Part shown: positions 21,012-31,721 of the stretch, one piece after another
Position numbering within the stretch: the stretch's first letter is position 1
Layout of the letters: each line of letters starts with the position of its first letter
Source of the DNA: Candidatus Latescibacterota bacterium
GTDB taxonomy: Bacteria > Latescibacterota > UBA2968 > GCA-2709665
DNA: 64,000 nt
NCBI GenBank assembly: GCA_965226795.1
Contig: CBDDDZ010000002.1
Span: 128,001-192,000, forward strand
Direction: 5' to 3'
Notes under the pieces: generated by a model
Told to the model about the DNA's origin: nothing
Database searches by the model: none
What the model saw: the letters and a program-made list of their open reading frames with translations, nothing else
Position numbers and translations under genes: made by a program

Positions 21012-21599
21012 TAGTGTGTGAACGAGATGAAGATCGTGCGATGGTTGGCGGTAAGAGCTGCATGAATCACTGGGCGATTCAGTTGAAGGTGTTACTGAGT
21101 TGCTCCAAGTCAAGATTCCTGTTCTGTACAAAACACAGATCCGACTGATAAAGTCGACTGGGGCGCTCAATCCAGTTACGAACACAGATATGCTTGGCTC
21201 CTCGCACGGAGAGATATTGTCAATTGTTGTGCTCCTACCCGTCCGACGCTAACAGGTAGGCGAAGGTTCCCCAAGTTTAGGTTTAATAAGGGCCCTTTTT
21301 GGAGTCTCTGTCAAGGCAATTTGAGCACGCCAAGTTCGGGCAAGCTATCTTACAATCGACTGCCTGAACTTCGGTTGGGCTCCCAATAGGTTTGGTTGAC
21401 GGTCGGCCCGCATCGGCGGGCAACCCATTATTCGTGGAGGCCATTCAAGGCGCACCCCTTGGTACGTCCGTCACCGGGTGCCATCCAGAAGAAACTCGGG
21501 CGGCGCACTCGGCGGGGTCCTCGGCGAGAGCTCTGACCCCTCCAGATAGCGTCGGATCGAGGCCGGATCGGTCAGGCCGGCGATGATTCTCAGGCAACC

Positions 21600-22724
21600 C
21601 TAATACTCGAGGATATCAACCTTCTGGCGAAACGCTGCCAGGTCAAGGTCCCCTCGGCTGTACGCATCCACATTCTTCTTCTTAACCGTCAGCAAAAGCC
21701 CCCGCGCTCCGGACGATCTCCTCCCCGGTCTCCGCGGAAAGCGCACCTCCACCACGATGTATTCCTCCGGCTTGAGGGTGCGCAGGGAATAACCGTAGTC
21801 TCCCACGACCTCAATCAACTCTTCCTTGAACCGCTCCTCTAAAGGATTTCCCGCCTTGACTGCTCTGCCCGCTCGAATGCGAAAGGGTGCAGTCTTGGGA
21901 GTCTTCCTTAATTTCAAACGATAGGCTGTACGGTACCCGCTTTTCGCGTTCACAAAGAAGAGCGCACCTAATCCTTTCTGGTATATGCCCAGGGTCTTGT
22001 TGTAATTCGAGACAGGATGTTCGGGCTGCTTCAGCGCCTTGTCCAGGATGGTGGCCATGACACCGATCTTTTTCATCATGGACGCATCCGGCTTGTGCTC
22101 ACGAGAGACGATCCGCTTCCGAAATTCCGCCTCGGCGATGCGCTCGCGGCGGTATGCCACGATGTCACTTTTTTTGGCCGTCGCCTCTGAGTAGACCGGT
22201 TCCGACAACTCGGCCTGGAGTCGTTTGTCTGGGACCGCTATCTGGGCGCGGGAACGAGGTTGTTGATGGACCAGGATCGTGATTCGGTCTTCGTCCATTA
22301 ACTGGCGGATCCCATCCGCGTACGTTCCCAGGAACTCCACCAGCCGTTCCTGGACGCCAACGCGCTTTTTTTTTCGCTGCTCCGACACTTCCTTCAGGAA
22401 ATCCTCCTCTTCAAGCTCTTCGGTTACGCCTGCGGGCTTTTCACGTAATCTCCTCACGTCGACATCTACGACCATTCCTGACGAGCGTTTTTCTTCAATA
22501 TGAAATATCACTCCGTAGTTTTCGAAGTACAGTCCCCGTATCTGTGGTTCTCGGTGGATACCGGCCAGGTTGGACGTGGTCTGAGCGTGGAGGCTTTGCA
22601 AGATGCCTTCCATGATTTCCAGGTCCTGCTGCATTCGCTCCCGGTCAATTCCGCCCTCGCTGGCAGAAGCCATATTGAAAATGCAGAAGGCCGTTACAAC
22701 GGCGAAAATGTGATGGGCTTTCAT
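21600..22724 (-). CDS. Exported hypothetical protein with internal duplication
   Basis: Signal peptide; two similar halves (GLYFENYGVIF / GIYQKGLGALF). Confidence 0.7.
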   Translation of the reverse strand: MKAHHIFAVVTAFCIFNMASASEGGIDRERMQQDLEIMEGILQSLHAQTTSNLAGIHREPQIRGLYFENYGVIFHIEEKRSSGMVVDVDVRRLREKPAGVTEELEEEDFLKEVSEQRKKKRVGVQERLVEFLGTYADGIRQLMDEDRITILVHQQPRSRAQIAVPDKRLQAELSEPVYSEATAKKSDIVAYRRERIAEAEFRKRIVSREHKPDASMMKKIGVMATILDKALKQPEHPVSNYNKTLGIYQKGLGALFFVNAKSGYRTAYRLKLRKTPKTAPFRIRAGRAVKAGNPLEERFKEELIEVVGDYGYSLRTLKPEEYIVVEVRFPRRPGRRSSGARGLLLTVKKKNVDAYSRGDLDLAAFRQKVDILEY

Positions 22725-22745
22725 TGTTTATTCTCCCTCTGTAAA

Positions 22746-23456
22746 TCAATCAGCGGTGGAACGTGTGTTCGGATCCGCCTGCGCGTATGTCACCGCCAAC
22801 AGGTGATGCAAAAGGTCTTCGGTCCGCATAAAGCGGCTCTCCGTCGTTCCCTCGATTTCCTGCAGGCCCTGGCCTACCAGCAGCAGATCCCGACGACGCT
22901 GGGATTCCAGATCCAGGGCGAACTGGTCCAGGATGAGACCGAGTTCCAGGCGTTGCTGTTGGTGTCCCTCGTCGATCAGTTCCTGGATCATAGCAAGTGA
23001 CCGCCGTTGCACCTGGATCAACTCTGCCCGTGTGAGCGGCGCCTCGACAACCGCTGTCGCCGGGTCGGGAACTGTCACCCAAGGCAGCCGCAGCTTCACG
23101 TGGATCCGCCCCCGCCCGTCGTAGTCCGCCTCGAAGTTCGATAGGGCCATGACCAGCACGACTCCGGCCAGCGCTAACGACAGGCCCGGCGCATACCAGC
23201 GCAGGGTGCGGCTGGATCGCCAGTCGGGTATGATGCCTTTCCACCACGGGAGTTTCTCCGGCGCGAAGACCAGGCTCGCGGGTGGATCCTCTTCCCTCCA
23301 GGCACGCATCAGACTTCTGGCCCGCCCCAATTTCTCCAGCGCCAGAGTACACGAAGGACAGGTCCCGATGTGGGATTCGATTCCGGCCTTCTTCCCGGCA
23401 TCGACTTCGTCGTATAGAAAGCCGATGAGTTCTTCTCTGGGCAGATCACATTTCAT
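22746..23456 (-). CDS. Zinc-finger (zf-HC2) transmembrane anti-sigma factor
   Basis: HIGTCPSC (HxxxCxxC) motif, single TM helix, directly downstream of ECF sigma. Confidence 0.85.
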   Translation of the reverse strand: MKCDLPREELIGFLYDEVDAGKKAGIESHIGTCPSCTLALEKLGRARSLMRAWREEDPPASLVFAPEKLPWWKGIIPDWRSSRTLRWYAPGLSLALAGVVLVMALSNFEADYDGRGRIHVKLRLPWVTVPDPATAVVEAPLTRAELIQVQRRSLAMIQELIDEGHQQQRLELGLILDQFALDLESQRRRDLLLVGQGLQEIEGTTESRFMRTEDLLHHLLAVTYAQADPNTRSTAD

Positions 23457-24036
23457 AGTCGATCGTCTCCGGGGTGATGTTCCATTGATCCAATAGCTTT
23501 CTGAGATTATCCAGGCCATTATAAAGCCGGGACTTAACCGTGTTGACCGGCAGCTTCATGATGGCGGCGATTTCAGTGAATTTCAGATGCTGGTATTCCT
23601 TCATCACCACAATAATCCGTTGTTCCTGGGGAATACACTGCAACGCCCGGTTGAGAAGATCGCGAAGTTCGCGCTCGTAAATCCTCTTATCTGCTCGTGC
23701 CGAAGCTTTTACCGTCCCGTCTGGCCGCCCATCGGTTCCTTGTTCCAGGCTTTCCAGCGAGATCGTGGGATGACGCCTCCTCCTCCTCAACTCGTCCCGA
23801 CACGTATTGACCGCGATCTGGTAGATCCAGGTGGAGAACTTTTCGGGATCCCGCAGCCGGCGAAGACTGCGGTGGGCCTTGATCAGGACCTTCTGGCACA
23901 GGTCATGCGCTTCCTCGCGGTCTCCGACCTGTCGCAGGATGAAGTTGTATAGCCTGCGATGCCAGCGCCCTGCCAGACCATTGAAGGCATGCGACTCTCC
24001 GTCGCGGAAACGCCTGATCAACTCGGCGTCCGTCAT
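23446..24036 (-). CDS. ECF sigma-70 factor
   Basis: MTDAELIRR..., FSTWIYQIAVN, EIAAIMKLPVNTVKSRL; GGAGG RBS before ATG 24036. Confidence 0.92.
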   Translation of the reverse strand: MTDAELIRRFRDGESHAFNGLAGRWHRRLYNFILRQVGDREEAHDLCQKVLIKAHRSLRRLRDPEKFSTWIYQIAVNTCRDELRRRRRHPTISLESLEQGTDGRPDGTVKASARADKRIYERELRDLLNRALQCIPQEQRIIVVMKEYQHLKFTEIAAIMKLPVNTVKSRLYNGLDNLRKLLDQWNITPETIDYEM

Positions 24037-24477
24037 CTGTCCTCCGGTGCAAATAATCGGGGATTTCTTAACGCGTCTGCTTGTAAGACGACGAAATTGA
24101 CTGAAAAGTTCTACGGCGTCGCAGAAGGCTGTTTTTTTTTGTGCCAGCGTGAGGTCAGGTGGCAGAATAACGAAATCCGCGGAGCTGTGCGGATCACGGG
24201 TATGTGTCAGGATACCGATTGACATTATAAGGGATTTTAATCATGGTTGGGGCGGAGGTCGCATGTGGCACATGGGTCCCGCATGTTTTCGATCTGTAGG
24301 GGAATCCGAAAGGCTGGCGGCAAGGTCGTGGTTAACCTTCCAGGCCTGGAGACGTTCTTACTGCCGTGAGGCAGCATTGTGAAGTGACTATACACGCAGC
24401 TAAACGTCAGGGCGAGTCGCCAGGGCGCCTCTTCGCGTCACGATTTCCGGGAAAAGTATGATAACAGGAGAGTATGG

Positions 24478-25257
24478 ATGAAATCGAAATTACAGCGGGA
24501 ATACGATGAAATGGGCTTCTGTATCGACCACGGTGCCATTGACGGGGGTCTGGCGGCCGAAACGGTCGAGCACGTGCAATGGCTGGTCAAAAAACATCCG
24601 GACACGCGCCCCGAGCGATTGCATCACCAACTCCTTGTGAACGATCCCTTCATGCACCGCCTGGTCTGCGATGATCGCCTGGTGGACATCGCGGCACAGT
24701 TCATCGGCCCCAACGTGGCCATGTTCGGGGCGCACTATATCGCCAAGAAGCCCGAGACCGGGCAGGCCGTGCGGTGGCACCAGGATGGATCCTATTGGCC
24801 CCTGGAGCCGATGGAGGTCACGACGCTGTGGGTCGCGGGTAACGACTCCACCGTGGAGAATGGATGTATGCGCGTCGTGCCGGGGACGCACACCCGACGA
24901 CTGTTGAAGCGCTCCGAGATGGTGGACCTGGATCCGGACAAGTACGTCCTCGGCATCGGGATGCGTCCCGATCAGATTGCCGAGGTCGACGCCTTCGACG
25001 TGGAACTCGAGGCGGGGGATATCTCCATCCATCATCCCAATATCATCCACGGCTCCAACAGCAATACGTCCGATCAGTGGCGGGTGGGGCTCACCCTTCG
25101 CTATATTCCCACCAGCACCCGGGTGACGCGAGACGGGCATCCGTCCATCCTGTGCCGGGGGGCGGTGATCCCCGAGGTGGAAAACCTGTACGCGCCCCGT
25201 CCGAAGTACGTCGAAGGAAAACACATGGCGTTCGCCGGGTGCGAGGCATGGGCTTAG
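24478..25257 (+). CDS. Phytanoyl-CoA dioxygenase (PhyH) family protein
   Basis: WHQDGSYW, NGCMRVVPGTH, IIHGS..N..R iron/2-oxoglutarate motifs. Confidence 0.9.
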   Translation: MKSKLQREYDEMGFCIDHGAIDGGLAAETVEHVQWLVKKHPDTRPERLHHQLLVNDPFMHRLVCDDRLVDIAAQFIGPNVAMFGAHYIAKKPETGQAVRWHQDGSYWPLEPMEVTTLWVAGNDSTVENGCMRVVPGTHTRRLLKRSEMVDLDPDKYVLGIGMRPDQIAEVDAFDVELEAGDISIHHPNIIHGSNSNTSDQWRVGLTLRYIPTSTRVTRDGHPSILCRGAVIPEVENLYAPRPKYVEGKHMAFAGCEAWA

Positions 25258-25280
25258 CCGGTCGGTTGTGTTGTTGTGCG

Positions 25281-25416
25281 AATCCGTAGGCGGGCTTGTG
25301 CGGCAATCCGGAAGATTGGGAATGGAGCGGCCGCCGTGAGCGCCGTTCCTGGGACCGAGGGCATCCTGCCCTCGACGGCTAATGGGCGAGGTCCTTGCGC
25401 CGTCATTTCTGTCCAC
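25281..25416 (+). repeat. Relic duplicate of the RAYT 3' end plus REP
   Basis: Matches 26421-26558 (AATCCGGAAGATTGGGAATGGAGC...CGAGGGCATCCTGCCCTCGACGG...CGTCATTTCTG). Confidence 0.75.
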
Positions 25417-25906
25417 CCTTTTTGACTCCACAAGCGACAACTGGTGCATAACGACGCGATCGGTGGCCATTAGCGCGCCGTCCGCGCAGCTAGGGAGTAT
25501 TTCGACGGGAGCCCGTGAATTCCTCTTAGGATGGGAGTGCACGTGGAGTTCGCTCCGTGCCAAATCAGCGCACTCACCACCTTCTCCGAACTGGTGGTGT
25601 CAGTAATTGTACGGGCCATGCGTGATTAAATAGGGCCAACGGCGTCCTGCCGTCGTCGAGCACAGGATGCTCGAGATCCGGATATTAGCAGGTCACGTTC
25701 TGTTCGAGGGCAGGATGCCCTCGGTCCCAGGGTTCGGACGCCCGGTGTGACGACCCCTTCTCCGATCTGGTGTCAGATGTAATGGAACGCGTCAAATACG
25801 GTAATTCAGGTTCGATGAAGCCCAGTTCAATTCGAGGGCAGGATGCCCTCGGTCCGGGAGTCAGCGGGTCAGGTCTTAATCGAGGGCGAGATGCCCTCGA
25901 CCCCAG
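25349..25906. repeat. Cluster of REP family 1 hairpins upstream of and within the 5' end of RAYT
   Basis: Copies at 25349-25374(+), 25705-25730(-), 25833-25858(-), 25881-25906(-); degenerate copies at ~25633-25679. Confidence 0.85.
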
Positions 25907-26525
25907 GGTTCCCGCGTCAGGTGTGGCACCGGCAAGCCGATATCACCGCACCCACCTTCCGCATTTTGAGGCCGGAGAAGTCCCCCAACACATCTGTTTC
26001 AGACTGGCGGACAGCCTGCCGCAGAACCTGCTCCAACAATGGGAGCGCGAATTGGAGGGACTCCCGGAGGCGGAACGCCGAATACACCGCCGGATCGAGG
26101 ATGCACTTGATCTGGGCCATGGTGCCTGCTGGTTGCGCCGCCCCGAGATCGCCGCCCTGGTACGCGATTCCCTGCAGTACTTTGATGGAAACCTGTATCG
26201 TCTGCATGCGTGGGTCGTTATGCCCAATCATGTCCATGTACTGGTCACACCACTGGGCGATCGCTCCTTGTCAGGCATTGTACACTCCTGGAAATCTTAC
26301 ACGGCCACCCAGGCGAACAAAATGTTGGAGCGAAATGGAAAGTTCTGGTACGAGGACTACTTCGACCGGTTCGTGCGCGACGAAGATCACTTCGCAGCGA
26401 TTGTAAATTACATCCATTTGAACCCGGTCAAGGCGGGGTTGTGCGCCAATCCGGAAGATTGGGAATGGAGCTGTTGTCACAATCGCCGTTCCCGGGATCG
26501 AGGGCATCCTGCCCTCGACGGGTAA
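25770..26525 (+). CDS. rayT: REP-associated tyrosine transposase (RAYT, IS200-like Y1 HUH)
   Basis: HLPH..FRLADSLP, WVVMPNHVHVL (HUH), SWKSYTA, YFDRFVRD, NYIHLNPVKAGL (catalytic Tyr); REP-flanked; true start uncertain. Confidence 0.9.
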   Translation: MSDVMERVKYGNSGSMKPSSIRGQDALGPGVSGSGLNRGRDALDPRVPASGVAPASRYHRTHLPHFEAGEVPQHICFRLADSLPQNLLQQWERELEGLPEAERRIHRRIEDALDLGHGACWLRRPEIAALVRDSLQYFDGNLYRLHAWVVMPNHVHVLVTPLGDRSLSGIVHSWKSYTATQANKMLERNGKFWYEDYFDRFVRDEDHFAAIVNYIHLNPVKAGLCANPEDWEWSCCHNRRSRDRGHPALDG

Positions 26526-26755
26526 TGCGCGAGGCCTTGTTTCGTCATTTCTGGCCACACTCATTGATTCCGCTAGCGCCAGCGGGCAAAATCCATTGGT
26601 AACGGAGGCGATGCGGTATACCCCGTGCTGGCCACAGGCGGGTCGCCTGTACGCACGGAGAGTTCATCCGTCATGGAAAGGATAACGTTCGAACAGATGG
26701 GAATGGCGTAGTAGTTGCAAATGTCGTTCCCGGGACCGAGGGCATCCTGCCCTCG
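26492..26755 (+). repeat. REP family 1 copies downstream of RAYT
   Basis: CCGGGATCGAGGGCATCCTGCCCTCG at 26492-26517 and CCGGGACCGAGGGCATCCTGCCCTCG at 26730-26755. Confidence 0.85.
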
Positions 26756-26865
26756 GCACACATGGCGCGAGGCCTTGGCGTTATGGCGTCGCGCAGTAGC
26801 CTGTGCAATCCAGCGAAACTGACGGGTAGTACCATTCTTCGTCCTAATCACGAAACAAATATCCA

Positions 26866-29800
26866 ATGAAACTCGAAGATCTCCAACCCGACGCGTCGGT
26901 CCGTGGCATCGTTCCTGACGGTGTCGTGACCGTTGTGAACGTGCAATGGCACGGTTCCGGTGCGCTTACCCTGATCTACCGCCCGGCCTCCGGACGGGTC
27001 GCCGAGGAGATTCTCTACCGGCACGACGAGGCGCGCCTCGAAATCGTCGAGCAGGGCCGCCCCTGGAGTTTCGACGGCGACGGCGCGTTGTTCCGTCTCG
27101 TGTCGGAGGCCTACCGCATCCGTCTGGCCCATCTATTCGATCCCGTCCTTGCCGTACACACCTCGCTTGTTGAACCGCTCCCCCACCAGATCACGGCGGT
27201 GTATGAAGCGATGCTGCCCCGCCAGCCACTTCGCTTCCTGCTGGCGGACGACCCCGGCGCTGGCAAGACCATCATGGCAGGATTGTTGATGAAGGAACTC
27301 GTCGCCCGCGGCGACCTCAGGCGATGCCTGGTGGTATGTCCCGGCAGCCTCGCCGAGCAATGGCAGGATGAACTCTACAGGCGTTTCCACCTCCCTTTCG
27401 AGATACTGACGAACGACAAACTCGACGCCGCCCGTACGGGCAATTGGTTCCTCGAAAACGATCTCGCCATCGCACGGTTGGACAAACTCGCCCGCAACGA
27501 GGACCTCCAGGCCAAACTGAGCGCTCCGGACTGCCGCTACGATATGGTGGTCTGCGACGAAGCGCACAAAATGTCGGCGACCTTCTTCGGCGGCGAGGTG
27601 AGATACACCAAACGCTACCGCTTAGGGCAGCTCCTTTCCAATCTCACCCGTCACTTTCTGCTGATGACGGCGACCCCGCACAACGGCAAGGAGGCGGATT
27701 TTCAACTCTTCCTCGCCCTGCTGGACGGCGACCGTTTCGAGGGTCGATTCCGGGATGGCGTGCACCAGGTGGACGTTTCCGATCTCATGCGCCGCATGGT
27801 AAAGGAGAACCTGCTCAGATTCGACGGCCGACCGCTGTTCCCGGAGCGCATTGCGTATTCGGTACCCTACAAACTCACCGACGCCGAAGCCCGGCTGTAC
27901 AGGGAAGTCACGGACTACGTCCGCGAAGAGTTCAATCGCGCCGAGGCGCTGCAAAGCGACACCCGCGCGGGTACCGTCGGCTTTGCGCTCACCATCCTGC
28001 AACGCCGTCTCGCGTCATCACCCGAGGCGATCCACCAGTCGCTGAGGCGGCGGCGCGAGCGCCTGGAAAGCCGCCTACGCGAACTGAGCCTGCAGCAACG
28101 CGGCGCCAGGCAACCGGAAACGATCCCGCAGACCGGTCCATTATTCGATGCCGAGGACGTGGAGGACCTGGACGATGCCCCTTACGAGGAGGTCGAAGCC
28201 GCAGAGGCCGCGGTGCTGGATGAGGCAACAGCGGCCAGTACGATCGCCGAACTCAATGCGGAGATTGCTTCACTCAAATGGCTTGAGGGCCTTGCCGCGG
28301 AGATTCTAAAGAGCGGCGAAGACACGAAGTGGCGCGAACTCTCGAACCTGCTGGCAGAAATCTTTACGCCAGCCGGCCTGGGCGCCAGGGGTGGCGAAAA
28401 GGGCGAACCCTACGGCAGCGGCGCCATCCCGCCGCCCGTCCCGTCACCCAGCCAGAAGCTGGTCCTTTTCACCGAGCACAGGGACACCCTCAACTACCTC
28501 CAACGGCGTATCGCAACGCTGCTCGGCCGGCCCTCTGGCATCGTCACCATTCACGGTAGCATGGGGCGGGAGGATCGCCGCAAGGCCCAGGAGTCGTTCC
28601 TCCACGATCCGCTGGTGCAGGTGCTGCTCGCTACTGACGCGGCCGGGGAGGGCATCAACCTCCAGCGGGCCCATCTGATGGTGAACTACGACCTGCCGTG
28701 GAACCCGAACCGCATCGAACAGCGCTTCGGGCGCATCCACCGCATCGGCCAGACCGAGGTGTGTCATCTGTGGAACCTGGTAGCGGAAGAGACCCGGGAA
28801 GGCGACGTGTACCGGACCCTGTTGGACAAACTGGAGCAGGCCCGAAGCGCCCTCGGCGGCCAGGTCTTCGACGTGCTCGGCAGGCTTCAGTTCGATGGCC
28901 GCCCGCTCCGCGATCTGCTAATCGAGGCGATCCGTTACGGCGAGCAGCCCGAAGTGCGCGCACGACTATCCGAGGCGGTAAGCGAAGCCGTGGACCAGCC
29001 GCACCTGCAGTCCCTGATCGAGGAACAGGCCCTCGCGCAAGATGCGATGGATTCCACTCGTGTCGCACGAGTACGGGAGGAAATGGAGCGCGCCGAAGCC
29101 CGGCGATTGCAGCCGCACTATATCGAGTCGTTCTTCCTCGAAGCGTTCCGTCGCCTGGGGGGTTCGGTGCGGCGGCGCGAAACGGGCAGATACGAAATAA
29201 CGCACGTTCCGGCGCCTGTGCGCAACCGCGACAGGCAGATAGGCGTAGGCGAACCGGTTCTTGCGCGCTATGAACGCATTGCGTTCGACAAGGCATACCT
29301 GGCCCCGCACGGGCAAACGCCCGCGGCCTTCGTGTGTCCGGGACACGCCTTGCTCGACGCCGTTCTCGACCTCACATTGGAACGCCACCGCGACCTCCTG
29401 CAACGTGGCGCCGTGCTCGTGGACGAGCGGGACCCGGGCCTGGAAACGCGCGTGATCTTCTCGCTGGAGCATGCTATTAAGGACGGAAGTGTTTTGGCCA
29501 GTGGCGAGGGCCGTGTCATCTCACGCCGGACGCTTTATGTTGAGATCGATGCAGCCGGCGTGAAGCGCCGTCTCGACTACGCGCCGTACCTTGACTACCG
29601 GCCGCTGGCGGATCACGAACCCAAAGTGGCCGACATCCTTGACCGGCCGGAGTGCGGATGGATCACCCGAAAACTGGAGCAGCAGGCGCGGGAGGAGGCC
29701 ATTGCCAACATCGTGCCGGAACACCTTGGAGAGGTTCGCGACCGGCGCCTTGCTCTGGTTGCGAAAACCCGTGCCGCGGTTAAGGAGCGCCTGACCAAGG

Positions 29801-30438
29801 AAATGGCGTATTGGGATGGACAAGCAGAAAAGCGCAAGCTCCAGGAGAGAGCCGGAAAGGCCGGGGCAAAGCTCAACTCGCGCGAGGCCCAACGGCGCGC
29901 CGACGATCTGCAGGAGCGCCTCCATCAACGCACGGCCCAACTCGACCGGGAGGAGAAAATTTCAGCGCTCCCGCCCGCAGTCGTCGGCGGGCTTGTCGTC
30001 TTACCCATGGGACTTCTGGCAACCATGACCGGAGCCGCCGCACCGCGGCGAACCGTGGACACCCAGAAGTCGGCGGCAAAGGCTCGCGCCATCATCATGG
30101 AAGTGGAACGCGGCCTCGGATTCGAGCCCGTCGACCGGGAGACCGAACATCTCGGTTATGACATTGAGAGCCGGGTGCCGGGCACTGGTAAGCTCCGGTT
30201 CATCGAAGTGAAGGGCCGTCAGTCCGGTGGAGATACGATTACGGTGACGAAGAATGAGATCCTTACGGCGCTGAACAAACCGGACGATTTCATCCTCGGC
30301 ATCGTCGAGTTCCTGGATAGTGGTGAGCATCGAGTACACTACCTGCGCGAGCCCTTCCGAAGGGAGCCGGATTTCGACGTGACGAGCGTCAACTACAAGC
30401 TGAATGACTTGATCAAGCGGGCCGGGAAGCCGGCGTGA
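26866..30438 (+). CDS. SNF2-family helicase with C-terminal DUF3883 (PD-(D/E)XK) nuclease; restriction-like (DUF499/DUF1156) system component
   Basis: DDPGAGKT, DEAH, TATPH, GEGINLQ, QRFGRIHRIGQ; GYDIES..FIEVKG..NE. Confidence 0.93.
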   Translation: MKLEDLQPDASVRGIVPDGVVTVVNVQWHGSGALTLIYRPASGRVAEEILYRHDEARLEIVEQGRPWSFDGDGALFRLVSEAYRIRLAHLFDPVLAVHTSLVEPLPHQITAVYEAMLPRQPLRFLLADDPGAGKTIMAGLLMKELVARGDLRRCLVVCPGSLAEQWQDELYRRFHLPFEILTNDKLDAARTGNWFLENDLAIARLDKLARNEDLQAKLSAPDCRYDMVVCDEAHKMSATFFGGEVRYTKRYRLGQLLSNLTRHFLLMTATPHNGKEADFQLFLALLDGDRFEGRFRDGVHQVDVSDLMRRMVKENLLRFDGRPLFPERIAYSVPYKLTDAEARLYREVTDYVREEFNRAEALQSDTRAGTVGFALTILQRRLASSPEAIHQSLRRRRERLESRLRELSLQQRGARQPETIPQTGPLFDAEDVEDLDDAPYEEVEAAEAAVLDEATAASTIAELNAEIASLKWLEGLAAEILKSGEDTKWRELSNLLAEIFTPAGLGARGGEKGEPYGSGAIPPPVPSPSQKLVLFTEHRDTLNYLQRRIATLLGRPSGIVTIHGSMGREDRRKAQESFLHDPLVQVLLATDAAGEGINLQRAHLMVNYDLPWNPNRIEQRFGRIHRIGQTEVCHLWNLVAEETREGDVYRTLLDKLEQARSALGGQVFDVLGRLQFDGRPLRDLLIEAIRYGEQPEVRARLSEAVSEAVDQPHLQSLIEEQALAQDAMDSTRVARVREEMERAEARRLQPHYIESFFLEAFRRLGGSVRRRETGRYEITHVPAPVRNRDRQIGVGEPVLARYERIAFDKAYLAPHGQTPAAFVCPGHALLDAVLDLTLERHRDLLQRGAVLVDERDPGLETRVIFSLEHAIKDGSVLASGEGRVISRRTLYVEIDAAGVKRRLDYAPYLDYRPLADHEPKVADILDRPECGWITRKLEQQAREEAIANIVPEHLGEVRDRRLALVAKTRAAVKERLTKEMAYWDGQAEKRKLQERAGKAGAKLNSREAQRRADDLQERLHQRTAQLDREEKISALPPAVVGGLVVLPMGLLATMTGAAAPRRTVDTQKSAAKARAIIMEVERGLGFEPVDRETEHLGYDIESRVPGTGKLRFIEVKGRQSGGDTITVTKNEILTALNKPDDFILGIVEFLDSGEHRVHYLREPFRREPDFDVTSVNYKLNDLIKRAGKPA

Positions 30439-30525
30439 CGGGAGGGTAGTCGCCTCACAAAAGTAGATTGTGACGTGTCTATATTGTCTGGAATGTCCGG
30501 CCCGAATTCTTCTTTGGTAGAGAGG

Positions 30526-30819
30526 TCATCCTTGACGGGCTTCGGATAAATCGTTACCAATTCTGACCACTTGTCCGTGTACCAGATCTTCGATCTCGTC
30601 TTCAAAGTTCTCGATGTAGGCTTTCACTTCAATCTCCAAGGCGGCATGCAGCATTTGCCTTGCGCCAGCAGAGAGCAGATCTTCCGAGTTCGGTTTCTCT
30701 TCACTTCTTGCTATCCCTTCTGCCTCGTCCGACGTGTCCAGGGGTAATGGTAACACTCCAGGATACACTCTTGTGTCTCTTTTCATCCGCAGCATTTGAG
30801 TATAAGTCCCTTCAATCAC
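30526..30819 (-). pseudogene. IS256-family transposase N-terminal fragment
   Basis: LLSAGARQMLHAALEIEVKAYI...VVRIG resembles the IS256 N-terminus; no catalytic domain follows. Confidence 0.55.
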
Positions 30820-30829
30820 AGGGATTGCG

Positions 30830-31702
30830 ATGATCTATTATCTTCCGACCGTGCGCAGTACACGCGAGGGGTGGGAAACGCTCGCCAAACTCGCCAAAGT
30901 TGCTCAGGGTCTCTATTCGGATGAACTGCAACTCAACATGTCAAAGTTGGATTTTTTCGACGCCAACATGGCCGCACCCCTTGGCGCGATTCTTTCAAGG
31001 GTCGCTGACGGTTTCAATACCATTCGCATCGTCGATATGCCGGGCCCAGTCGAGACAATACTTCGCAAGAATCTGTTTCTAACTCATTATTGGTACAAAT
31101 CACTGGATGACAACAATAATACAACCATGCCATTTCGCCGGCTGCGCCTGAGTGACGAGGGTGAGTTCGAAGAATATATCCATTGGCAACTTACCGGAAG
31201 AGGCATCCCCAGAATGTCCGATGGCGCAAGCAGGATCTTCAAAAAAAAGGTTTTTGAAGTGTATCAGAATGCCGTATTCCATTCTGAATCAAATCTTGGT
31301 GTCTTCGTCTGTGGCCAGTTTTTCCCGCAACAGAACCGGCTTGATTTTACGGTTGCAGATGCCGGTATCGGAATTCGAGAGAATGTTCGTCGGTATTTCA
31401 ATAATCCTCGTATCAACTCGCTTCCAGCTCTCAAATGGGCACTCGAGCCATATCACACCACGAAAAGTGGGCCGTATCCCGGTGGGTTAGGCCTTGAGTT
31501 TCTACAGAAATTCGCTCGTCTGAATGACGGTAAGATTCAGATTGCCTCCCGTTTCGCATTCTATGAGTTAAGCCGTGGCACGGAAACTTTCGCGAATATG
31601 GCGGTTGACTTTCCCGGGACTGCCGTAACCATTGAAATTAACACTGCAGATGAGAGTATTTATTTCCTGGAGAGTAAAAGAAAAGCCGACAGTCCGTATT
31701 GA
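30830..31702 (+). CDS. STAS-like + HATPase (GHKL) ATP-binding protein
   Basis: LNMSKLDFFD, EVYQNAVFHS (N box), DAGIGI (G1), GGLGL (G2), FPGT. Confidence 0.8.
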   Translation: MIYYLPTVRSTREGWETLAKLAKVAQGLYSDELQLNMSKLDFFDANMAAPLGAILSRVADGFNTIRIVDMPGPVETILRKNLFLTHYWYKSLDDNNNTTMPFRRLRLSDEGEFEEYIHWQLTGRGIPRMSDGASRIFKKKVFEVYQNAVFHSESNLGVFVCGQFFPQQNRLDFTVADAGIGIRENVRRYFNNPRINSLPALKWALEPYHTTKSGPYPGGLGLEFLQKFARLNDGKIQIASRFAFYELSRGTETFANMAVDFPGTAVTIEINTADESIYFLESKRKADSPY

Positions 31703-31721
31703 ATTGGGAAAGAGGACAAGC

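Noticed and set aside
21180..21600. Integron attC site or tRNA attachment site next to the TIGR04255 module
   Set aside because: No convincing attC boxes, tRNA cloverleaf or integrase seen; no rRNA or tRNA recognised anywhere in the window
25349..26755. CRISPR array made of the 26 bp repeats
   Set aside because: Irregular spacing, both orientations, copies inside genes, no cas genes; fits REP elements
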